DNA of 64,000 nucleotides from Chiloscyllium plagiosum. Its lineage: Eukaryota. Every line of letters starts with the position of its first letter. The stretch's first letter is position 1. This document shows, one piece after another, positions 23,301 through 35,975 of this stretch. The translations under genes were made by a program, and so were the position numbers. Where the stretch lies: NCBI RefSeq assembly GCF_004010195.1, contig NC_057753.1, forward strand, positions 5,375,435 through 5,439,434, read 5' to 3'. The notes under the pieces are model-generated. The model was not told the DNA's origin. It did no database searches and was given only the letters and a program-made list of their open reading frames with translations.

Positions 23301-25290
23301 TTGAATTCTATCGTACTATGGTCACTAGTCTCTAGAGGATCCTTGACTATGATGTCACTAATTAATCTCTCCTCCTTACACGATACCAAATCCAGGGTAG
23401 CCTGCTCCTTGGTTGGTTCCACAACATGCTGCTCCAAGAAACAATCTCCAAAACAATCAATGAACTCTGCCCCCAGGCTACTCTTGCCAATTTGAGTCTT
23501 TGATTATTGCTGTACCTTTCTTGTAAGCCTCTAATATTTCCTGGTTTATACTGTACCCCATTGTGGAACCACTATTTGGGGATCTATAGATTACTCCTAC
23601 CAAGTACTTCTGCCCTTTGTTATTTCTTATTTCTACCCAGACAAATTCCACATCTTGATCACCAGTGCTTATGCCATTTCCCATTCTAGCACTGATCCCT
23701 TCCTTCACCAGCAAACCTACACCACCTCCTTTTCCTTCCAGTCTATCTTTCCGAAATGCTGAGTAACCTTGGATATTCAATTCCCAGACCTGGTCTCCTT
23801 GTAACCATGTCTTAGTATTGCTATCAAATCGTACCCTTTTGTTTCTACTTATGTCATCAACTCATTAATTTTTATTTGAATGCTTCATGCGTTTGGATAC
23901 AAGGTCTTTACATTTGTTCTCCTGGTAAATTTCCCTACTTTTATTTAATAATTCCTTGGTGCATAAAGACATTCATTTGTTCTGTTCCCCCATCTTTATT
24001 GTCTGGTAACCAGCTGCTGCTTTGCTGACCTGCACTCTTACCTCCTCTTTTAATTTGGATTTTCTAATTCTAATTTCTCCTACAACTGAACCCAACCCCC
24101 GTTTAGTTTAAAGCCCTGTGTACAGCCCTTGGTATGTGATTTGGTGGGATTCTGTTCCCAGCAAGATTCAGATGAAGACTGTCCTATTGGAACAGGTCTC
24201 TTCTTCCCCAGTACTGGTGCCAATGTCCCATGAATTCAAACCCATTTCTCCCACACCAGTCTTGAAGTCACGCATTTACCTGCTTAATCTTATTGATCCT
24301 GTGCCAATTAGCTTGTGGCTCAGGTAGTAACCAGAGATTATTACCTTTTTTGGTTCTGCTTTTTAGTTTAGGTCCTAGCTGTTAATGTTCCCTGAGCAAA
24401 ACCTCTGCCCTAGTTTTATCTATGTTGTTGGTACCTACATGGACCACGACCATTGAATCTTTACCCACCCACTCTAAGTTCCTCTGCAGCCCAGATGAGA
24501 TATCCTGAACCCGAGCACCAGGTAGGCAACATGACCTTTGGGACTCTTGATCCCAGTCACGGAGAACAGTGTCCATACCCCTAACTGTACTATCCTGAAT
24601 TACAACTACATTTCTCTCCCACCATTTGAATGGCTCCCTGATCCCTGTGGGGCGAGAGTGAGGACTGCGGATGCTGGAAACCAGAGTTTAGATCAGAGTG
24701 GTGCTGGAAAAGCACAGCAGGTCAGGCAGCATCCAAGGAGCAGGAAAATCGACGTTTCGGCCTAAAGCCCTTCAGGATTCCTGATTAAAGGCTTTTGCCC
24801 AAAACGTCGATTTTTCCTGCTCCTCTGATGCTGCCTGACCTGCTATGCTTTTCCAGCACCACTCTGATCTAATCTCTGATCCCTGCAGTCAGTTGGCTCA
24901 TCCTCCCTGCAGTCCCCATTCCTGTCCACAGAGGGAGCAAGACTCCTGAACCTGTTGGACAAGGACAAAGGCTGAGGCTACTGCAACTCTACCACCTGGC
25001 ACCCTCTGCCTGTCTTACTCTCAGCCACACACTCCTGTCCCTGACCACAGCCTGAATTTGAGTTAGTTAGTCTAAGGGGTGTGACTGTCTCCTGCATCAC
25101 AGCATCCAGGTAACTCTTTCCCCCTCCCTGATGTGTCACAATATTTGAAGCTCAGACTCCAGCTTATTGACTCTGAGACGGAATTCTTCCAGCAATCAAC
25201 ATTTACTACAGACGTGGTCACTGGGATCCAAAATGGGGTCCACCAGCTCCCATATTATGTAGGAACAACACATCACCTGACCCTCCATCT
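20365..25290 (-). mobile_element. Long degenerate CR1 LINE region (ORF1 SGNH esterase, APE, RT), possibly composite, with nested insertions
   Basis: 'CCLPGARVQDIS..VVVHVGTNNI' (esterase), 'IQGYSAFRKDRLEGKGGGVGLLVK..VGVIYRSP' (APE), 'GKVPVDWKNANVTLLFKKGSR' (RT). Confidence 0.85.
21892..22210 (+). mobile_element. HE1-like SINE, full length, inserted in CR1
   Basis: ggcacggtggcacagcagttagcact head, B box ggttcaattcc, V-domain, tail. Confidence 0.9.
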
Positions 25291-25419
25291 TTATTTAATT
25301 AGTTTTGAATTTGCTTTTTAAAAATGTTTTAGCTGTTTTTATACCTCTGCTTATTATCTCAATCTGAATCCGTGTTGGAACCAATAATTTAACAAAGATT
25401 CAGTTCAACACCGAATCAA

Positions 25420-25555
25420 ACTTCTGTGAACTGCTTTTCCAGGGTGTTGCAAGTGGAGGATTTGCAGACAGAAACTGGAGTCCAGTCATCACAACACAGT
25501 CTGAAAGAAGCACTCGATTCACCAGGATCTGAAATATCATCTGACTTTGAGTGTA
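25420..25555 (+). pseudogene. Orphan copy of the ZNF-exon acceptor and exon head, no fingers
   Basis: ttttccAG|ggtgttgcaagtggaggatttgcagacagaaac..cactcgattcaccaggatctgaaatatcatc resembles exon heads at 27303, 45132 and 63028(-). Confidence 0.6.
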
Positions 25556-26019
25556 AACATTGAGTTGCAGGCCATTTCCACTCACTGTGTTTAAAAAAAG
25601 AAAGCTCTTGCTAACATCTCAGTTGCTTTACTTAATGCCAAAAATCTTAATCCTGAGTTCCAAATTCATTTTACAACGAGAGTCGTTTTTCTTTAACTGC
25701 CTTATTTAAACATGTCAGAACTATTGTATTAGCAAATCGCTCCTTAATCTCCTTGGTTCCAAGTTGAACAACTCCAGTTTCTCCAACCTAACCTTGCAAT
25801 TAAAATCTCATCCCTCAAATTATTCTGGCAAATCTCCTTTGAACCTCTGTCATGTCTTTGGTAATGCAATTATCATTGGTTTGTGCACATCCAAATGTTC
25901 TGGGTTAACGAGTAGGATAATATTGCACACCAATAATTGTGTAGCAACATGGCATTTCTTCATGGCCATTTCCTGACCTGTGGGATTTATGGAATTATGG
26001 GAAAAAATAGACTGCAGAA

Positions 26020-26710
26020 ACCTGAGGAACAAAGATGCTCTAGTGCATGAATCACATGAAGTAGTATGCAGGTATCCCAAGTAATGAACAGTACTAATGA
26101 GATGAAATCCTTTCCTTTGAGTGGAATTGAACTTAAACGTAAGGAATTTATACTTTGGGTATACAGGGCATTGTTGAAACCACTGTGAATAGCCTGCGCT
26201 GTTTTGGTCTCCTTATTTTAGCAAAGATGTAAGTGTAAAGGAGATGATTCAACAGATGCTTACTAGATTGAAAGCTAAACTAAATGACTTATGGGCATAG
26301 TTTGGACAGTTTAGGCTTGTTGTCGCTGCACTTTAGAGATTGAAGGGTGATTTTATTGAAGTGTAAAAAGCACTGAATGATCTTGACAAATGTGGATGCG
26401 GAAAGGATGTTTCCTCTTGCAGGTTGGTCAAGCATTAGCAGACACTGTTTAAAAATAAGGGGTCCACCTTTGTAGGACAGAGGAGAATATTTTTTTTCTG
26501 AGGCTTGTACAACTTTGCAAAGCACTATCTCTGAAAGGCAGTGGAAGCAGGGTGATTGAGTATTTTTAAGATAAAGGTGGCTCGTTTCATGCCAGGCAAG
26601 GTAATCAATGATTACCAGTGATAGATGGGAATGTGCAATTTAAAACAAACAGTGATCTCATTGAGCAGTGGAGCAGGTTTAAAGGGCTGAATGGTTTGTT
26701 TTGTATGTTC
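26020..26710 (+). mobile_element. Old CR1 3' fragment
   Basis: Degenerate RT C-terminus and 3'UTR similar to 12990-13720. Confidence 0.6.
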
Positions 26711-26935
26711 ATTTGACTCCGGTCCTTTCCAGCCTCAGGCTCCATTTAGAAATGTTAAAGTTGAAAGCGAGAATTGTTAGAGGTGAGTACTTTTTGCCCA
26801 GTCAATTTAGAACCTTTGATGCTGTGCTCTGTTATCTGTGAGAAGTTTCATATCTCTGGGGATGGTGTTGCTGCTTTACTGTGGATCTGAAACCAAGCCA
26901 GTCCATTGCTCTGTTTCATCCCTGCCTTCCCTGAT

Positions 26936-26970
26936 CACCTGATGAAGGAGCATTGCTCCGAAAGCTAGTG
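26936..26970 (+). ncRNA. Minimal hammerhead ribozyme motif (family A, solo terminus)
   Basis: cac-CTGATGA-a-GGAGC/att/GCTCC-GAAA-GCTA-gtg. Confidence 0.7.
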
Positions 26971-27589
26971 TGCTTCCAATTAAACCTGTTGGACTATAAC
27001 CTGGTGTTGTGTGAATTTTAATGCTGTACACCCCAGTCCAACACCGGCATCTCCGAATCATGCCCCGATCACCTCTATGCTTTTGAACTTTCTCTGTCTT
27101 GAATAGTAGGCATTTTTATCTCTGTTTAGTAATTCACTGTTCTTCCAACTCTGTCTATATGAGGTTATACATGGAGGAGGGGTGGGAATTTATAGTTTTG
27201 GGGAATCAGTAAAGGAAAGATTGTTCCATAAAAACTAAAATTGTCTGTTCTGAATTTCTATCCTGGACAGACAGTGATAGCTTTTGTAAACTGGTTTAAC
27301 AGGGGGTAACAAGGAGAGGAATTATAGACAGGAAAATCAAAGCATTCGTCATTTCAAGATCTGACAGATTCAATCAATTCATCAGGATCTGAATGTCATT
27401 GGCTTTTGAATTTGGAAGGAGAACATTTTCCAAGAATCGTGTCTGGAAAAGCACTGAGAGAAATCCACCCAGGTAAGAGTGTTCCAGTGAACTAACTGTG
27501 GAAAGAGCTTTCAGCAGTTACCCTGACAGGAATAAACAAAATCACAACGTTCTTATCCAGGACAAACTCTGCACACGTTGCCTGTGTGG

Positions 27590-28564
27590 ATGAGGAATCC
27601 GCTGATAATCCAGCCTGGAGCCAGACGAGGATACATGTGCCACGGAGAACCGTGGAAATGTGGCGACTGTGGGAAAGGGTTCGATTACCCATCCCAGCTG
27701 GAAATTCATCGACGCACTCATACAGGGGAGAGACCGTTTATCTGTTCCAAGTGTGAGAAGGGATTCACGCATTTATCCAGCTTGCAGGCACATCAGAGAA
27801 CTCACAGCGGGGAGAGACCATTCACCTGCTCTGTCTGTGGGAAGAGATTCACCCAGTCTTCCAACCTGCTGAGGCACCAGCGGGTTCACACCGGAGAGAG
27901 GCCGTTCGCCTGTTCTGAGTGTGGGAACGCGTTCACTCAGTTGTCCAACCTGCTGCAGCACCAGCGGGTTCACACTGACGAGAGACCTTTTAAATGCCTA
28001 GACTGTGCGAAGTGCTATAAAAGCTCCAGGGAACTGTCATGCCACCAACGTGTTCACACCAATGAGAGACCGTTCAGGTGCTCTCACTGCGGGTCTGGGT
28101 TCAGGCGATCGTCTCAACTCACTGAGCACCAGCGAATTCACACCGGGGAGAGACCGTTCAGATGCTCAGAGTGTGGGAAGAGATTCACTCAGTCGTCCAA
28201 GCTCTGGAGACACCAGCATGTTCACTCTGATATGAGAACTTTTAAATGCTCTGACTGTGAGGAGAGCTTTAAAAGCAGCAATGACCTACTGAAACACCAG
28301 CGCATCCACACTGGGGAGAAGCTGTTCACCTGCTCCGAGTGTGGGAAGAGATTCACTCGGTCGTTCACCTTGCTGAGACACCAGCGACTTCATGCTGGGG
28401 AGAAGCTGTTCATCTGCTCCGAGTGCGGGAAGGACTCACTTGGGCATTCACCTTGTTGCAAAAGCGAGTTCATTCCGAGGAAAGGCCATTCACCTGATCT
28501 GTGTGTGGGAAGGGATTCACTTGTTCTTCCCCCACAGCTGAGAGACTCGCGAGTTCCTGTGTGA
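27590..28564 (+). CDS. C2H2 zinc-finger protein, 9 intact fingers and a frameshifted tail (ZNF gene 2); alternative ATG at 27635
   Basis: Open finger array; splice acceptor ttaacAG at 27301-27302. Confidence 0.85.
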   Translation: MRNPLIIQPGARRGYMCHGEPWKCGDCGKGFDYPSQLEIHRRTHTGERPFICSKCEKGFTHLSSLQAHQRTHSGERPFTCSVCGKRFTQSSNLLRHQRVHTGERPFACSECGNAFTQLSNLLQHQRVHTDERPFKCLDCAKCYKSSRELSCHQRVHTNERPFRCSHCGSGFRRSSQLTEHQRIHTGERPFRCSECGKRFTQSSKLWRHQHVHSDMRTFKCSDCEESFKSSNDLLKHQRIHTGEKLFTCSECGKRFTRSFTLLRHQRLHAGEKLFICSECGKDSLGHSPCCKSEFIPRKGHSPDLCVGRDSLVLPPQLRDSRVPV

Positions 28565-31069
28565 CTGCAGGGGTTGGATTCTATTTTTGCTGCTGTCTAT
28601 CAGCTCCAGGGATGAACGTAGGGCTTAATTCTGATGTGGGAACGAAATGAGCCTGAGCTGCTCTCTTACATGGTTCAGAGTTCCTAGACACGGAGCACAC
28701 AGGCTCCTTTACAACTGGTTTTTGGGGTTGGCAAGAACAATGGGGAATGCTGGAAACATTCTCAAATCAGAAACTGGGATCGAACTTGGATTTGTTCCTG
28801 ACTGAAAGTTGACCGTCCGAGAATGACTGTGGTCGCTATGGTCCGAGGATTTAAAATGTATGTGTGATATTCCTGATTCTCCCAGTGTATGTAGGGGCTA
28901 TGGCATCAGCAACTTGCATTTATGTAGAAACTTCCAGATTGTAAAACCGCTCCAGGTGCTTTGTAGTTGATCCATAATTTGCTCAAAGAGGTCAGTTTTA
29001 ACAAGTGTTTTAAAAGAGAAGGGAGAGGGAGAGAAGTTCCGAGAGGAAGTTCCAGAGTTTTGGGACTTAGTAGATGAAAGCACGACCAACAATGGTGGTG
29101 AGGGGTTGGCAGATGTAGAGGAGCACAAGAAACCTGGAGAGACTTGGGTTTGGAGGAGGTTCCAGAGACTGTTGTTGAGTAGTGGCTGTATCCACAGAGC
29201 CTCCAGTACAGCGCAGAAATAGATCCATGCAGTTTTTGACCAATGCTGTGAAGGATTGGTCTGCTGCCTTGAACAGAATGACAAATACTGCATCTGTGGA
29301 TTTACACCATGTCACTGATCTGCACCAAGCTGGTCTGCAGCAGAGTGGGACAACATGTGACATTGGTTCAGGGGAGGGATCATGATGGAGAAAGCAGACA
29401 GGGAATTGGGAAGTCCACTCAAAAAGCTCTCCAATGTCTCACTGTTTAACTCCAGCCCTTAGGCAGTACCTGACACACTGCCTCAGTCTCTGGATGAGCC
29501 AGTCCATCCCATGATCATTAAAATCTGCTTCTGTACAGGTTACAGATGGGACAGTCTTTACCAGGACCCTCAAGGGTGCTGAAAGCCAAAAAGACATTGA
29601 GAGCGGCCTGCCTGAAGGACCTGGGAGTGCAGGATGCAATACTGTGCTCATTATGGGGCCTGTGCTTTGGAGCTCCTTGACTGTTACCCTCTCAGTGGTG
29701 TTGAGGTGCTCGCAAACAGGCACGTGGTGGGCAAAGTTCCACAGCTTGAGATCCACTTCCCTTAGAATGAGATCCCTGGTATGGGACTGTACTCGACACT
29801 GCAATTGACTCTGTGCAGCCCCTATCCCAGTAAGGGACAATAGGAGTCATCAGGGCTCAAAACACCTTCTGAGAAACGTTTAATCGACCTTGAGGAAGAT
29901 TTGATTTGTGAAATGTCAATCCAGCCCCAGTCCCTGCTGGGTGAGGACCTGCTCCTCCAATCACAGGCCACTGCTGGTAGGTTCCTTGCTGAGCCAATCA
30001 TAGGCAAACCTGGCACGAAACAGCCTTTGGTTGGAGGAACAGTGAGAAGTTGTTCCCGCAGGCAGTGATGTAGTGGCAGTGTCTGGGTTTGAATCCCATC
30101 AAGGCTGACGGTGAGATTTAAATTCAATAAAATCTGGAGCAAAGAGCTGGTCTAATGACAAACCCTATTGACTGTCATAAAAATGCATCTGATTTACTAA
30201 TGATAGTTAAGGGAAGAAATTTGCTTTCCTTGCCCTGGTCTGCATGTGATGTCAGATTCACTGCAACCTGGTTGACTCTTCACTGCCGTCAAGACAATTA
30301 GCAATAGGCAATAAATGCTGGGTGCCATCCATATCCCAGGAACAAATCGAAAAAGGGAACTGGATGGAGGTGTAAAGAGGTGGAAAGAGAAGGGAGCTGC
30401 AGGACAAGAGGGAGATATTGGGGGGGAAAACAGGCTGCAAAGAGAAATAGGAGAGAGTGAGGAAGGCTGCAGAAGGGCTGGGAGAGTAACTGGGAAACAG
30501 CAAAGAAGAGGGAACTGTTTTAAACTTGCCAATTAAAGGAACATTGAGCTAGCTGGAAACTGAAAAAAATTGGAATCGGTGAGGTAATGAGTTACTTTCA
30601 TGTAAATGTGGAATATCTAAGGCTGCAAATGTTGAGAAGCTACTATCTGGGGCATGTGCAGTTCTGCAACGAACACCAAGAAAATTGCTCCATTTAAATC
30701 TGATTGCGATGCCATTAAAATCTTCCTGCACATGTGATGGAACCTGTCACCTCACCAGTGTGTGGAAGATGTATTTAGGTTGATGCCTTTTTCTCTGAAG
30801 AGCCATGTACGTCAGTTATTTTGGGAAGAAAAACGTGTTGTTAACTCATGCTTGTTATCTTGTGCCAGTTCAAATAATCTGTTATCTGGGAAATCAATGC
30901 TTTCCTTATTGCAATATATTTAATGGTGGGCTGACGAATCTTGACGTTATTGCTGAAGTATTCTAATTCTGCGTGAATCTAAGTATGGCATCTGGCAGCA
31001 AGAATACAGAGGGTAATCTTAATATGTGATTGCATCACTAATAAAGAATTAAACAGAGCCTGATGGTAT

Positions 31070-31800
31070 GCCTGGAATATTGTGTGCAGCTTGGTCTGCC
31101 TAATGAGGAAGGATGTGATTATCACAAAGGGAGTGCGACAATCTTTTGCCAGACTGATTCCTGGGATGGCAGGACTGGTAGATGAGCGGAGGTTGATTCA
31201 GTTAGGGTTATGCTCACCGGACTTCAGAAGAATGATGAGGAATCTCATAGAATCTTTTAGGTTTCTAACAGGACTAGAGAGGGTAGGGCTGGAAATGTGT
31301 TGCTGGAAAAGCGCAGCAGGTCAGGCAGCATCCAGGGAACAGGAGAATCGATGTTTCGGGCATAAGCCTGATTCCTGAAGAAGGGCTTATGCCCGAAACG
31401 TCGATTCTCCTGTTCCCTGGATGCTGCCTGACCTGCTGTGCTTTTCCAGCAACACATTTCCAGCTCTGATCTCCAGCATCTGCAGACCTAACTTTCTCCC
31501 GAGAGAGGGTAGGTACAGGAAGGATGTTCCTCATTCCAGGGGACATCCAGAACCAAGCAGTCCCGGTCTGAGGATACAGATTTAACCATTTCGGACTGAG
31601 ATGTGGAGAAATTCACCCAGAAGGTGGGTGAGCCTGTGAAACTTGCTACCACAGAAAGCAATCAAGGTCAAAACATTGAATGATTTCAAGAAGGAATTAG
31701 ATATAGCACTTGGGGCTAAAGGGATGAAATATTATGGGGGAAAAGCATATTGAGATGGATAGCGGCCACTATTATAATGAATGGTAAGGGCTGGAAGGGC
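31070..31800 (+). mobile_element. CR1 3' fragment interrupted by a family-B fold-back element (~31288-31500)
   Basis: 'RLIPGMAGLVDERRLIQLGLCS'; gagagggtagg duplicated on both sides of the insertion. Confidence 0.75.
31371..31406 (+). ncRNA. Minimal hammerhead ribozyme motif (family B)
   Basis: attc-CTGAAGA-a-GGGC/ttat/GCCC-GAAA-CGT-C-gatt; palindromic ACGT, GUC cleavage triplet. Confidence 0.65.
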
Positions 31801-32298
31801 TGAAAGGTGATCTTTACCTTGTCAGGCCTACACATAACTCCAAACCCACAGCCGGTGTGGTTGATTCTTAACTGCCCTCTGGGCAATTAGGTATGGGTAA
31901 TAAATGCTGGCCTGGCCAGTGATGCCCACATCATGTGAATGAATTAAAGGAAACAAAATAGCACATTATTGCAGGTGAATAGTTTGCTGTTAATTTACTC
32001 TTTTTTTCCCCCCATTTTTAAAATTGGAAGTGAAACCAGTCATTGTACAACACTAGAGTGGATCACTGTCAGTTCAAAATATTCTGATTTGCTTATGGAT
32101 TTATAATTTGCAGTGCCTTTTGAGAGGTTCAAGTCTTTCGGATGCTGTTACTGTCCAAATGTTGATTTGGGCCAGGTTCAAATGAACAAAGCTGGTTGCA
32201 TAGCATGAATGACAAAAGTTGTGTGTAATTGACTGATAAGGCTACGTTTGGAAAGTAGACACTGAAACCCAGGCTTCCAGTGGACCTTCTAAACAGAG

Positions 32299-32518
32299 GC
32301 ATGGCTCAGTTGGCTGAACGGCTGGTTTGCGATGCACAGTGACACGAACAGCGTGGGTTCAATTCCTGAACCTGCTGAGGTTATCGTGAAGGGTCCTCCC
32401 TCTCCACCCTTCTTTTCACTTGAGGTGTGGTGACCTTCAGGTTAAAACTCCACCAGTTGTGTCTCTTCAGTGAGAGAGCTGCCCTATGGTCTTCGAAGAT
32501 GATAGCGACTTTACCTTT
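32299..32518 (+). mobile_element. tRNA-derived SINE (further family)
   Basis: tggctcagttgg A-box, ggttcaattcc B-box; copies at ~57835-58030(+) and ~37438-37570(-). Confidence 0.65.
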
Positions 32519-34369
32519 CAGTATAGTAGACAGGGAAAACCTAGGAGAAAGGATGCCCAGGTAGAGCATTAAAAAGCTGACTGAGGCTAAAATATTAAAA
32601 GTAGAGCCTTGAAGCTGCTTGTGTCAGTGAATGCAGGGACATCAGGGAAATGATTGAAAACAGCATGTAACAGCCTTGAGATAAGAGGAAAGCAAAGCAA
32701 CGATGAATACACAGAATATCATGTGATTCGGTGAGGCGATTATTGCTCACATGAACTGTGACTGGCCACCGGAAGACCCTCTCAAGTAAAAGCCAATGTG
32801 ACAAATCAGAGTCAGAAAATAAAGATCCAATGATAGACAAGCATGAAGGGGAAAGATTGAGACTGTGAAAGCTGCAAAAAAAAACCCTTGTGTCTCTCCT
32901 GTCCAGTTGTCGATGTGAATAATGTACTCCACATTAAATTGTAAATTGCTGCACTTGTTTGTCACTATAGATGACTCGAAAGCAGATAAACCTGTCTTGA
33001 ATTTGTCTCAATAAAGTAGATTTCCAATCAACTCTGTTTCCGATTCTCCTCTTGCCTGCAAAGATGAGACATCCCATCCCAAAGAAAGAAAGAATGAGAG
33101 CTGAATATCAGTCCAGACTGGGAGCTATTGGGTGGGTAAGTGGTCGAAGGAATGTTCAGTGGATAGGGAGAGTGTTGTTGCCACTTTTGGGAAGGAGTCC
33201 TACCTGAAGCAGTGACTAGCAATTTCTCATTTTCAAATGTTAATTGACCTGTAATTTATTTCCCCTTTTCCTCACTTTTAAATTGGGGCGATTACCCACT
33301 AATAAAGAAGCAGCACAACGTCCTTCCATCTCATTATAGGAAATCCTGGTGACTGGACAGTGCTGGGCTGTGAGTGGAGCATGCTCAGTGCGGGACATGT
33401 TGGAGTCAGTTGAGGAATGGGAAGTGCAAGCACGAGTTCCAGTTTTTCGCAGTGTTACCACGCGGATGATGACCATTTGGTCCGTTGTGCCTTCATCTGC
33501 TCTCCAGGTGAGCTTTCACTTAGTGCCTTTCTCCTGCTTTCTACCTGTACCTTTTCAGGTAATAATGCCTTGATTGAAAGTGCATTCCAGATATTAAACA
33601 TGAAGAATCTATTCCTCATGTCCCTCTTCACTTCGAGGATACCCTCCAGCGTGTTGTGTGGCACAATCACTGTGCTAATACTTGGAGCTGATCAAGGAAC
33701 AGTTGCAGGCACTGGATTCTGCACAGGCTTTAGGCCGTGAAACCATTCTGGCAATGGTGCTGAAGACTCATGCTTCACTTGTGTGTTCCTAGCCAAGCTG
33801 CTCAAGTGCAGTAACAACACTGGCATCTACCCTACATTGTAAAAGATTGCCCAGAAATGTCCTGTGCAGAAAACACAGGACAAATCCAACTCAACCAATT
33901 GCTGTCCTACCAATCTACTTTTGATCATCAGTAAAGTGATGGGAGATATCATTGACGGTGCGGTGGAGCAGCATTAGCTTAGCATTAGCCTGTTCACTGA
34001 GTCCAGTTTGGGTTTCACCAGGTCCACTCATTACAGCCTTAATTCAAACCTGCCTCAAAAGAGCTGAAAAAAAATCCTCATGACCATTCAGTCTAGAATT
34101 CTCTCTTACTACTTCCAAAGAAAACACCATGGTATTTGCACACCTCAACAATACCTGATTTTAAAGTTGCAAAACTTTCTTGATAATCTTCATTTCAGTT
34201 TCTCGTATAAAAAGCACTTTTTAAAATGTTTCATTTCCAGAAAACATATGCAGTTAACACAAAAATTACATTTACTCACCCTCTTTTTATTCTTTATAGC
34301 GGATTCCAATACCTACTTGTTGTTTACTTTCCAAATTCTTAAGCTATTTCTGTTCAACTCATGTACTGG

Positions 34370-35975
34370 ATAATGCTTCAGCTATTGAATTATCGTTTAC
34401 AGCAATGCAAACAATTTTTACATTGAATGGTAGATTACACTCCCAACTGAATGGTCTTGCATTTCATGAAAGTGAAAGTGAGGACTCCAGATGCTTGCAT
34501 TTCATGTGTTGAGTTTCTCTGCAAACCATCAGCAGATTATGATCAGTACATATGTGTTTCTTTGCAATTTAAAAAATATTGGGGGGGCAGACGTGATCTG
34601 AAATTTCACCCCTACCACCAAAAAAACTTCTGATATTAGTTTAATTTCTTAGAAAAGGAATCGACTGGCTTCTCTCTACTGCTGATTCATCATCACTGTA
34701 ACTATTCCATAGTCACTAGTATCAATTGCAATTTTAAATAGTTTTGTAAAGTCAGGGGCAGTTAACAGTGAGTCATTTATTAAGATTACTTTGTTTGTCA
34801 AGACCTGCTTGGCACAGTGTTCCCATACAACCTTGACCTGTTTCCCTAACAAATATGTTAAGATATTATGTTGAAGTTAGCCATGAATTTACGATAAAAC
34901 CCAACACATTTCGAAAAATGTAATAATCTCTTAGTTTTAGGAATAGAAAATTCTATCAGAGCCTTCATTTTTGTTCTTGGCAATATTTGCCCTTGCCCTA
35001 CAAAATGCCCTTGGTAAATTAACATCAGTTTTGCAAATTCATTTTTGGTGAGATTTATAACAAGCCAACTATTCTGTCTGTGCCTTTCGCACAAACTGTC
35101 CAACCCTGGCAACATCCTTGTAGGTCTTTTCTGAATCCGTTCAAGTTTCATAACATCTTTCCTATAGCAGGGAGACAGAATTGCATGCAGTATTCCAAGT
35201 GTTCGAACCAATGCACTGCACAGCTGCAACATAACCTTGCAACTCCTTTACTCAATGCATTGACCAATAAAGTCAAGCAAATCAAATGCCTTCTAACTAC
35301 CTGTGACTCCACTTTCAAGGAACTATGAATTTGCACTCCAAGGTCTCTCTGTTCAGCAACATTTCCCAGGACCTGACCATTCAGTGTATAAATCCTGGCC
35401 TGACTTTCCATTCCAAAACACAGCACGAAAGGCTGATATCTTCTTAGCTTGCTGGTACCCATTTAATCGAAAACATTAGAAAGAAATGAAGCACTGCTAA
35501 ATATATCAATAAGACCAGAATTTGGTGTGAATTTGTTCTAGTTAATATATTTACTTTTCTGCAATTTATGCAGAATCCAGTTTTGGAATTAACACCACCA
35601 GTGAACTCCAATTGCTTTTATTATAGTCAATCAGATGACGTTCGAGCATGTATTAAATCTCTGTTTCCACCTGAGCTTTTTTCTTTGGTCTTAACATCCA
35701 GATCTTCATGTTGTCCTTCTTTTAACTATGAAAGTATGCGATCCAGCTGTCCCATTTTTTTCCAGCATTGCCCAGGCAAGGAGTAGATGGTTCACTTTGT
35801 GAACTGTCTATCTCTTTTTCTACTTCACTTTTACTGTCATTGTTATCCTCCACTATTATTACCATCTGAAATACTTGCCCGTCTTATCTCTATCTCTATG
35901 AAGATATCGTTTTAACATGTTCAAATGCATAACGATCCTTCTTTCTGCGACCCAGATAAGTTACGTTATAAGAAG
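34370..35975 (-). mobile_element. Degraded Gypsy pol with Gmr1-type order (INT-RT-RNaseH), interrupted by CR1 at ~35090-35425
   Basis: 'GRRKKDR/HLNMLKRY' (INT C-term), 'YMLERHLIDYNKSNWSSLVVLIPK', 'FCINCRKVN', 'GHFVGQGQILP..GFYRKF', 'APDFTKLFKIAIDTSDYG', 'DNSIAEALSS'. Confidence 0.75.

Noticed and set aside
29390..29840. 133-aa minus-strand ORF
   Set aside because: No recognisable domain or splice structure
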